Virus record (IMG/VR): IMGVR_UViG_3300032038_000048
Coordinates: 22,360 to 86,359 of that record
Strand: one strand, 5' to 3'
Length of the DNA stretch: 64,000 nt
DNA from: a virus
Taxonomy: Duplodnaviria; Caudoviricetes
Part shown: positions 9,595 to 16,775 of the stretch, one piece after another
Position numbering within the stretch: position 1 is the stretch's first letter
Layout of the letters: each line of letters starts with the position of its first letter
Translations under genes and position numbers: made by a program
The notes under the pieces: model-generated
Told to the model about the DNA's origin: nothing
What the model saw: the letters and a program-made list of their open reading frames with translations, nothing else
The model's database searches: none

Positions 9595-10305
9595 TTAGGT
9601 ATATAGTTCTTTGTTCTTTTTCAACCATTCTTCTGCACTTCCATCTATCCATGAGCCATGACCGAGATGTATCATATATGGTGTAATATTAACATTAAGG
9701 TATGGGAGGTTGTGTTGACAGCAGTCTTTGAAAAACCATGCGCCTGTGTCATAGCGGTTGTTCGGTGTCTTGTGGCTTAGTGCCCACATATAATTTGAAT
9801 TAAAGTAGGTTACGCCGTTGACTTTTATCTTAGGTGTATTGATGTAGCAGAGAAAAGGCTCTACACGATATATTTCTAATCCAAATCGCTGACGGGTGTT
9901 GCAGACGATGTGCCCGACAAATGCGTAACGTGGGTTACAAAGTTCAGAAATATCCCGACGGACAAGTATATCCGAATCCATTAAAACAAACGGCTCTTCA
10001 AGATGTTCGATAAGCCACTGCACAGACATACAATGTTTGGCTGAACCGTAATTGGATTTGTTTATTGCTCCCGTTTCTTTGTCAGGGAACTGTGATAAAT
10101 ACACATCAAAGCCTATTATCTGACCTTTGGTATTATCAATTACCTCCACAAACCTATTAAAACCATCTGGTATAATGAATGGTTTTGTGTCACTATTATC
10201 AAACACGACTATCCTGCAATCCTGCGTATGCTTATTAAGCGAGCGTACTGTAGCAGCAGTTAGTTCGGGTGTATTATAATGGACTATACAGACGGTCTTT
10301 TTCAT
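9595..10305 (-). CDS. GT-A fold glycosyltransferase (GT2-like)
   Basis: N-terminal VCIVHYNTPELTAATVRSL, VVFDNS, and DxD motif in FVLMDSDILV. Confidence 0.7.
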   Translation of the reverse strand: MKKTVCIVHYNTPELTAATVRSLNKHTQDCRIVVFDNSDTKPFIIPDGFNRFVEVIDNTKGQIIGFDVYLSQFPDKETGAINKSNYGSAKHCMSVQWLIEHLEEPFVLMDSDILVRRDISELCNPRYAFVGHIVCNTRQRFGLEIYRVEPFLCYINTPKIKVNGVTYFNSNYMWALSHKTPNNRYDTGAWFFKDCCQHNLPYLNVNITPYMIHLGHGSWIDGSAEEWLKKNKELYT

Positions 10306-11051
10306 ACTTGCAGCGTTTTGCGTTGTCTCGCGTTCTCCGTTATTACTCTTTTATAGATCTTAGGATTAGGATATTTTGCCATAATATAAGCACTGATTAT
10401 GCGCTCTCCCAAATGCCCGCCAAGCCTGTATTGATTTTCCAACACAGAACAGTTTCTTTTTGGTCTAAAGTAGACGTTTTGATGGATGATTATGCGTTCG
10501 CGTACATCCCATCCGATTATTTCAAGGTAGTTATCAAGACAATCCCACACAAGATGCATCATTTCCAAAAAGTCCTGCTTTTTCATAATGAACATACTGC
10601 ATGGATATATCCAGTCTTCTCGAAGCATCTTCTCAAAACGCGGCCAAAGCCAATGATGACGATTATAAATAATAGCCATCATTACATCCATATCAACAAA
10701 TGAGAAGCATTTTGCGTACTGATTATAGACGGTGGGTTCTACATGACGAGGTTCTGTCGTGATACACCCATGCTTGTCTACCAATGACTTTATGTCGGGG
10801 ATGTTATCCATAAATTCATAGTATTTCCTATAATGGCAAAAACCCACATATTCAGGCAGCTCATCTGGCCTGTCTGCGAGGTATTTATAGGTCAGTAACT
10901 CTGAATAAAACAACCCGTCAACCCCACTCGGCGACTTATCATCGGGGATTAGTTTCCTAACATCGGCGACCCTATAAACGCTGTTCTTGACGGAGCTCGA
11001 AAAGTCAGCGTGTGTACATATATAGATTACTGCTTTTTCGTTCATTCGCAC
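10302..11051 (-). CDS. DUF4422-family putative glycosyltransferase
   Basis: YSELLTYKYL...EYVGFCHYRKYY, MFIMKKQDF, GHLGERIISAY patterns; overlaps both neighbours. Confidence 0.7.
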   Translation of the reverse strand: MRMNEKAVIYICTHADFSSSVKNSVYRVADVRKLIPDDKSPSGVDGLFYSELLTYKYLADRPDELPEYVGFCHYRKYYEFMDNIPDIKSLVDKHGCITTEPRHVEPTVYNQYAKCFSFVDMDVMMAIIYNRHHWLWPRFEKMLREDWIYPCSMFIMKKQDFLEMMHLVWDCLDNYLEIIGWDVRERIIIHQNVYFRPKRNCSVLENQYRLGGHLGERIISAYIMAKYPNPKIYKRVITENARQRKTLQV

Positions 11052-11926
11052 ATCTTTAGTTTTTCTCCAATCGCCCCTCTTGTCAGACTGGCAAATTCTG
11101 ATATATCCTCCATCGTTTCGTGGTCGTTAACGCAGACGATTCCGCAGTCGGGCTTCTTTATGGTTTCAATCGTTCTTTGTGCTCCAATCTTTACACCTGC
11201 GTAATAATGTTCAGGTGTATGATCTACATACTCGCTTGTAAAATACTGCCACAAGGTATAGATATACTGATTGTAACTTGTCTCGGTGCGATCTGGTGTT
11301 ATTCCGCTTAATATCTCAGCACCAAACCGCCTGTGAACCTCCATACATACACCTTTAAGCAGCGGAGCAAGGCTGTGCCCGTTGCGAAGTAAGGTCTTAC
11401 TGTATTTTTTGCCAAAGTGCGAACCAACCATATTCTGCTGTCTCATGCACTTCTTTTGAAAAATGTTCGGAATTGGTGGAAATTGCGTTTCGTATATATG
11501 TATGCAGGGCTTCCCCTCAATAAAGAAGTCGTTTTCTTTAAGTGGTGACAATGGAAACATATCATCGTTACCGTAAATAAAAGCCTCTGACACATCGCCT
11601 ATGTATGGCAGAAACATTTCGATAGTGCAGCTATTGAATGTTGGCAGATATTTTTCTGGAATAAACTGCTTATGAAAAACAACATTCACCCCCTCTTCCT
11701 TCATCCACGGCTGCACCTGGCTTTCACGCGCAAGCAAGATGTGTATATCTCCCACCCACGGCATGAATTTCTTTATACATTTGATTAGTAGATGCTCGGC
11801 ACCCCATGACCTAAACCTCACGTTGCGCCCAATATTAGAAGGACGTGTTTTTTGAGATGCAAAGTAGTCGTTGCGCCACTTTACATCGCTTTCAAAAACC
11901 ATCGGGACAACGTAGTCTATTTTCAT
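11042..11926 (-). CDS. Stealth-family hexose-1-phosphate transferase (CpsY/SacB/XcbA-like)
   Basis: IDYVVPMV..D..W (CR1-like), RFRSWG...FMPWVGDIHI...FIPEKYLPTFNSCTIEMFL...FIYGNDDMF (CR2), C-terminal IVCVND. Confidence 0.85.
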   Translation of the reverse strand: MKIDYVVPMVFESDVKWRNDYFASQKTRPSNIGRNVRFRSWGAEHLLIKCIKKFMPWVGDIHILLARESQVQPWMKEEGVNVVFHKQFIPEKYLPTFNSCTIEMFLPYIGDVSEAFIYGNDDMFPLSPLKENDFFIEGKPCIHIYETQFPPIPNIFQKKCMRQQNMVGSHFGKKYSKTLLRNGHSLAPLLKGVCMEVHRRFGAEILSGITPDRTETSYNQYIYTLWQYFTSEYVDHTPEHYYAGVKIGAQRTIETIKKPDCGIVCVNDHETMEDISEFASLTRGAIGEKLKMCE

Positions 11927-11936
11927 GGGATATTAT

Positions 11937-11973
11937 AGAAAAGCGGTGTGACGCTTATGCTGCGCCACGCCGC
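11937..11973 (-). terminator. Intrinsic terminator after the tail tube gene
   Basis: Minus: GCGGCGTGGCGC-loop-GCGTCACACCGC followed by TTTTCT. Confidence 0.6.
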
Positions 11974-11993
11974 CGAATGAAAGAAAGCAGATT

Positions 11994-12596
11994 CTAAGAA
12001 CTTGCGGAAGTTTCTTCGAGGAAGCCGATTGCATCGTCTGCACCACCAGCAAGACTTGCACCAGTCATTATCACGCTGACGGGTTTTGCGCTGTCTGCTT
12101 CATCGAAGTTGATGCTAGCCTGAACCTTAACCTTCTTCAGGAACATAACACGATTATCTTCATCGTTGAAGCCGATAAGACCAAGGGTGAGGGCTTTGGG
12201 AGACTCAGAATAAGCCTTTCCAGTGAACGTGCGACCATTGATGGTGCGAGTTACATCGGTAGCCTTAAAACCGCAAAAACTGAGAATTTCGGTCTGATAG
12301 GTAGGAATCTCAATGTTTACCTCAGAATCTCCAGGGGTAATGCGTGCGGTATAGGCACCCATCATTCCATGAATGTTAAAACGCTCAACAGAGGGAGTTC
12401 CACCAGTGTAGGAGAAGCCACCGTCACGACGAACAGGAACCTGTATGCAGTTGCCTGTCACCCAGCCACCTGCGGGCATAGATTCGGTTTCGCTAATAGC
12501 ACCGCTGTCGGGTATTCCACCCAGAACAGCATAAACACCGCTCAGACCGACAAAGGTTTTTTCCTGAGCAGAAGCTTTTGTTATTGTTGCTGCCAT
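11994..12596 (-). CDS. Major tail (tube) protein with C-terminal EETSASS
   Basis: 200 aa, beta-rich, G/T-rich; follows tail terminator-like gene and precedes a terminator and the chaperones. Confidence 0.75.
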   Translation of the reverse strand: MAATITKASAQEKTFVGLSGVYAVLGGIPDSGAISETESMPAGGWVTGNCIQVPVRRDGGFSYTGGTPSVERFNIHGMMGAYTARITPGDSEVNIEIPTYQTEILSFCGFKATDVTRTINGRTFTGKAYSESPKALTLGLIGFNDEDNRVMFLKKVKVQASINFDEADSAKPVSVIMTGASLAGGADDAIGFLEETSASS

Positions 12597-12598
12597 AG

Positions 12599-13045
12599 TT
12601 ATGTGTGATTAGTTAGTTGATTACTGAAAATATTCCACCTGCAACGCAGGTTAAAAGTTATCATTGTCACCTGAAACCCAGTTCCGTCACTCCCCAATAG
12701 CCTCGGTTCGGGATTTGTGCATACGCAATACTCTCCTTTAATTGGGAAAAGGTTTACAACATCATCCACCATTGTACCCATAGGTGTAACATCAAGCGTG
12801 TCGTCTTTCTTACTTTGCACAAAAACGTATATAACACCTTCTGTTTCCAATAATGTTTTATTGTTACCTGCGACATAATCGCGTATGGCTAACGGTAGAT
12901 CTATCACAGCCATCTTCTGTGTCATGGCATCTCCGTTTATCAACTTCGGTCTGTCTTTCAGCCGAATATCCTTAGCGGGCACGACGTTTTTCATCGCGTT
13001 AACCAAGTCACTGTAGATGTTGTATAAAACAGGTTTGTTTGCCAT
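12599..13045 (-). CDS. Tail completion/terminator-like protein
   Basis: Likely start MANKPVLY at 13045 (track start 13105 overlaps the upstream gene); synteny. Confidence 0.6.
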   Translation of the reverse strand: MANKPVLYNIYSDLVNAMKNVVPAKDIRLKDRPKLINGDAMTQKMAVIDLPLAIRDYVAGNNKTLLETEGVIYVFVQSKKDDTLDVTPMGTMVDDVVNLFPIKGEYCVCTNPEPRLLGSDGTGFQVTMITFNLRCRWNIFSNQLTNHT

Positions 13046-13046
13046 G

Positions 13047-13493
13047 TTAGTTCCTTCCGTATTTCCAAACAAGATGTGTTCCTGCGAATTGGGCGGTTGC
13101 AACATTTTTGTCTATTACCCTTCCATATTCCGTAAAAACATCATGCTTTACAATAATCTCATCACCTTCTTCTGGTGCCACTCCTAGCTCTTTCCACCCA
13201 TCCTGATTTAGAGGCAAGGCGAGACCTCTATACGAGGTTATCACTTCTCCCTTGTCCGATGTGGTATTCTTTTCGTAGCTGCGGCACTTACCTTCATAGA
13301 TAACGGTAATGGTTGTACCGTTGTCGGTGACGACATTTGCATCCTCAGTCAAAGGGTCGTAACCTTCACTTGATACCGATGCGCTACCATCACCGGAAAG
13401 AGGGCTGAAATCCTCTTCCTCCTTCATAGGGTCGTCCGTTTGCTTACGGATTATCCTACACCAGTGTGGGTAACGGGGATTTATATCGTCCAT
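13047..13493 (-). CDS. Head closure-like protein
   Basis: Start MDDINPRY at 13493, coupled by TAATG to the upstream stop; synteny. Confidence 0.6.
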   Translation of the reverse strand: MDDINPRYPHWCRIIRKQTDDPMKEEEDFSPLSGDGSASVSSEGYDPLTEDANVVTDNGTTITVIYEGKCRSYEKNTTSDKGEVITSYRGLALPLNQDGWKELGVAPEEGDEIIVKHDVFTEYGRVIDKNVATAQFAGTHLVWKYGRN

Positions 13494-13882
13494 TATCGGC
13501 ATTTTTGAGGGTTGCGAATACCTCGGCCAACCATTCCCCAACGCTCTACACCCACCGTTGGCAGGTCGTATTTAGCGAAGATTTTGTTAGCCATAGCAAG
13601 GTACTGTTTCAGAACATTAGCGGACATTCTCTCTCCACCTGTCGTATGTTCCCAGTCGGCATCCGACTCGCGGATAGTACCAGTCTGAGTAGGACCGCCT
13701 GCCACCCACACATATAGCCATGCGAGAACTAAATCCCGCTGTTTCTGTGTGGCATCCATATATACTGTTTCGGGCGATACCTCTACATCTGCGCATATTG
13801 ACAATATGGCATTGTCAGGAACAGTTATATTCCTGACTTTGCCATTTAAGTAGTCTTTTATAGTGAAGGTTGAATTATCCAT
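13493..13882 (-). CDS. Head-tail adaptor/connector (DUF6706-like)
   Basis: TIKDYL...QKQRDLVLAWLY helical pattern; directly after the capsid gene. Confidence 0.6.
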   Translation of the reverse strand: MDNSTFTIKDYLNGKVRNITVPDNAILSICADVEVSPETVYMDATQKQRDLVLAWLYVWVAGGPTQTGTIRESDADWEHTTGGERMSANVLKQYLAMANKIFAKYDLPTVGVERWGMVGRGIRNPQKCR

Positions 13883-13904
13883 TTCAGGCTATATATGAAG
13901 TTTG

Positions 13905-15080
13905 TTAGCTGCTGGCGCTGCTGCTAGTACCCGAACTTGAACTTGCGGTCTCATCCCATACGGTAACAATACCATACTCATCCAGGTTATTGAACACAGG
14001 ACCCGCGTACAGTTCGCAGTCAACGATATTCATAATAGGACGCTCCTGCCAACTGTTAAGTACGGCGATGCGACCTTCAACGAATGAATAGAGGTCAGAG
14101 GGGTTAAGACCACCCAGCTTCACCCTGTCAGCATAGATTGAGTTCATGCACTTCATCTCAAACGGACGATAAGCTCTGCTTACTGCGGCGATGTTGTGCT
14201 TGTCGAAAGCAGGAGCATCGGCAACAGGCTTGCCATCTTCCTCGTGACGAGACTTGAAGTCAATAACATCAAACGGCCAGATACCCATATCCTGATGCAG
14301 CCATGTGAGAACATCGGTGCGAGCCACCTTTATGTCTGCATTTGTCGGAGCGTAGTAATTCTTCGATTCTTTGTATGCGGCAATCACCTTCGGGTGCTTC
14401 AAAACCTTGTCGAACAGCTCTCTTGACATCTTCCAGTGGTCCACACCAAGCGAAAGGGTGTTAGTGTAGTAGTCCTGGAAGTCGAGCAGATCCTGAACCA
14501 CATCAGCACTTGCATTGGGAGCACCAGTAGCATCAAACCAGTTAGCGGTCGGTCTCAAGAAGTTCTCGTTAGGTATCTGGAAGTCAAAGTCGTAGGTGTA
14601 GCCATCCACTGCTACATCATAGATACGGCCAGTAGACATTGCCTGCAAGGTCATGTATGACAGTTCGTTGTGGATGCCACCGAGCATATTGCTGGAGTTC
14701 TGAATGAAGCTGTCAAGAAGAACCTCGCCAAATGCCTGGTCGTTGATTTTTGACAAGCGACGAAGTTCGAGCAGGTCATCCTGGGTGATATTGAAGCCGT
14801 GACCTATCTTAGGCAGCGTGCCAGCATACAGTTTCCATCCTTCTGTACTGCGCTGCGGCTTCTCAGAGTGTGTACCGAGAACGCTTGCACGAACAAGGAT
14901 AGGAGTTTTCTTAACACCCTGCTTCCAATCGCGATCGTTGGTAGGCTGCCCCCATGTAGCGTATTTGCGCCAGATAGCATTGTTGTACTTGCTATTTACA
15001 CTATCAAGGATAAGCTTAAAGTCTTCTGTACCAAGATAGTTATACAGTCCACCTATGCCATATAAATTCATGTCTCTCAT
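13905..15080 (-). CDS. Major capsid protein with Ser-rich C-terminal tail
   Basis: 391 aa following scaffold and decoration genes; ends WDETASSSSGTSSSASS. Confidence 0.85.
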   Translation of the reverse strand: MRDMNLYGIGGLYNYLGTEDFKLILDSVNSKYNNAIWRKYATWGQPTNDRDWKQGVKKTPILVRASVLGTHSEKPQRSTEGWKLYAGTLPKIGHGFNITQDDLLELRRLSKINDQAFGEVLLDSFIQNSSNMLGGIHNELSYMTLQAMSTGRIYDVAVDGYTYDFDFQIPNENFLRPTANWFDATGAPNASADVVQDLLDFQDYYTNTLSLGVDHWKMSRELFDKVLKHPKVIAAYKESKNYYAPTNADIKVARTDVLTWLHQDMGIWPFDVIDFKSRHEEDGKPVADAPAFDKHNIAAVSRAYRPFEMKCMNSIYADRVKLGGLNPSDLYSFVEGRIAVLNSWQERPIMNIVDCELYAGPVFNNLDEYGIVTVWDETASSSSGTSSSASS

Positions 15081-15096
15081 AATCTAAACTCCTTTC

Positions 15097-15738
15097 TTAT
15101 TTACGGTTAGAGAAACGGAAATAGCACTCGTTGTCACGGAGAGCCTTTTTCAAACTGTCAGTCAGAGGGAGCATACGACGTTCGAGGACAGGCTTGTCAA
15201 TGCAGTTCCAAACGTAGTCTATATCCATAGCGTATGCTTTCTCGTCACGCACATTATCACAGTAGGTCAGACCGTTAGGTATGGCGATGATTTTCTTATC
15301 GTCACCACTAACAGCCAGCACATCGTTGACGGAGATGCCAGTAGTAGCATCTACAGTCAATACATCCACATCATCAGCAGAAGAATCCACACTGGCAACG
15401 GTAGCCTGATTTGCGCTGGCCTGCGAAAGGTCTGCGCCAACAGGGATAAGCTTCATTCCTGCGGAAGCGAGTGTTCCAGTTTCAAACTTCTCAACAGTGA
15501 TGGTTTTTGCACCAGAATCAACGGCAGTCACCTTAAAGGTGTAGATGGGGGTAATTGTACGCGCCTGCTCGTCGGCATACACCAAGGTACCTGCGGGAAC
15601 TGCTGCGTTCAGGGGCAGAAGGTCAATGTCAACCTTAAAGCCACCAACAGCCACAGTAGGCTTTCCTTCGTAGCATTTGCGGACACCACCACATTTTGTA
15701 CTCCAGTCGAAGTAATTGTTGGTTGTTCCTTTTCTCAT
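15097..15738 (-). CDS. Head decoration/cement-like protein
   Basis: 213 aa beta-rich (VPAGTLVY) ORF between scaffold and capsid. Confidence 0.55.
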   Translation of the reverse strand: MRKGTTNNYFDWSTKCGGVRKCYEGKPTVAVGGFKVDIDLLPLNAAVPAGTLVYADEQARTITPIYTFKVTAVDSGAKTITVEKFETGTLASAGMKLIPVGADLSQASANQATVASVDSSADDVDVLTVDATTGISVNDVLAVSGDDKKIIAIPNGLTYCDNVRDEKAYAMDIDYVWNCIDKPVLERRMLPLTDSLKKALRDNECYFRFSNRK

Positions 15739-15783
15739 TTTAGTCTTTGTTTTGGTTGAAAACTCTCTTTTACGTTCGTGTGG

Positions 15784-16599
15784 TTACACAAACGATTTTG
15801 CCAAGTCAGATGAATAGTTCATGTTTTCCGTAGCCTCGGTGCTCAACTTGTCAAGTTTCTCTTTGACAAAAGAAACGCCACCTCCTGTACCACCCGAACT
15901 GTTTCCTCCAAATGGCTGTCCTCCGTCGCCATAAAACCTCTTGTAGTTGCTTTCGTAGTTCTTCTCAGCAAGAACTTTCAGTTCGGCGATATTTGGGGTT
16001 TCTCCGATTTTAATCTGTCCTACAGTAAGGTCAATGACCGCCTCTTTGTCAGCCTTACGGCTTTTCAGATAACTTGTCAGTTCCTTTCGGACATTATTTT
16101 CCACGGAAGCCTTTTCTCTCGCTTTGAAATCTTTTGTAAAATCGGATATTTCCTTCATGCTCTTGCCAATAATACCGTCTTCTTTGGTTAACTGCAAAAT
16201 AGCAGCCTCTACAGCGGCATTTATCTTGCTTTCAATATCATCGGCATTGCGCTCAACGGCCTTATCATCGGGCTTGATGCTCTTTTTGTATTCCTCAATC
16301 GCATCTTCCTTTGCTTTACGAATACGCTCCTCTACATCTTTCTCATGCTCAGAAGTGTAATCTTTCTTGTATTTCTCTGCGAACACCTTGTCATCGTGAC
16401 GCTTCTGGCCTGCATATTCCCTAAGAACAGCAAGAGGTTGCGACCACGTTTCATCGGTAATTGCTTCATCGTTGGCAAACTGGCTCAGATATATGCCAGC
16501 GATACCGTCAAACGTCTTGTTACTAATAACCGATGCTGTGTCTTCTCCCAGCTTCGATTTTAGATTTTCAACGAGAATGTCTTTCTCCATTTGTTTCAA
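15784..16599 (-). CDS. Capsid scaffolding protein
   Basis: K/E-rich coiled coil with GGNSSGGTGGG linker near the C-terminus; first gene of the head operon. Confidence 0.7.
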   Translation of the reverse strand: MKQMEKDILVENLKSKLGEDTASVISNKTFDGIAGIYLSQFANDEAITDETWSQPLAVLREYAGQKRHDDKVFAEKYKKDYTSEHEKDVEERIRKAKEDAIEEYKKSIKPDDKAVERNADDIESKINAAVEAAILQLTKEDGIIGKSMKEISDFTKDFKAREKASVENNVRKELTSYLKSRKADKEAVIDLTVGQIKIGETPNIAELKVLAEKNYESNYKRFYGDGGQPFGGNSSGGTGGGVSFVKEKLDKLSTEATENMNYSSDLAKSFV

Positions 16600-16652
16600 A
16601 GTTTAAGTTAAGACTAATCAGATGTTTTTCATCTGAGTGTAAAGATTTTTCG

Positions 16653-16753
16653 CAAAAATAAGGAAATAGAAATTATTTTTACATAGTTTTATCGGGAAAA
16701 TACGTATTTTCCCTAATTTTTTCCATTTTTACGTTCATAAATATTTACTTTTG
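16653..16753. promoter_or_regulatory. Divergent promoter pair (head/tail leftward, terminase/portal rightward)
   Basis: TATTTTTG on minus (16653-16660) and TACTTTTG on plus (16746-16753). Confidence 0.5.
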
Positions 16754-16775
16754 TCAAAAATCAATGTAAAATATT

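Noticed and set aside
9595-11926. Classical serotype-conversion (gtrABC) or DNA hypermodification cluster
   Set aside because: No flippase or membrane transferase, no nucleotide-modification partners, and the cassette lies in the late structural operon. Disfavoured but not excluded.
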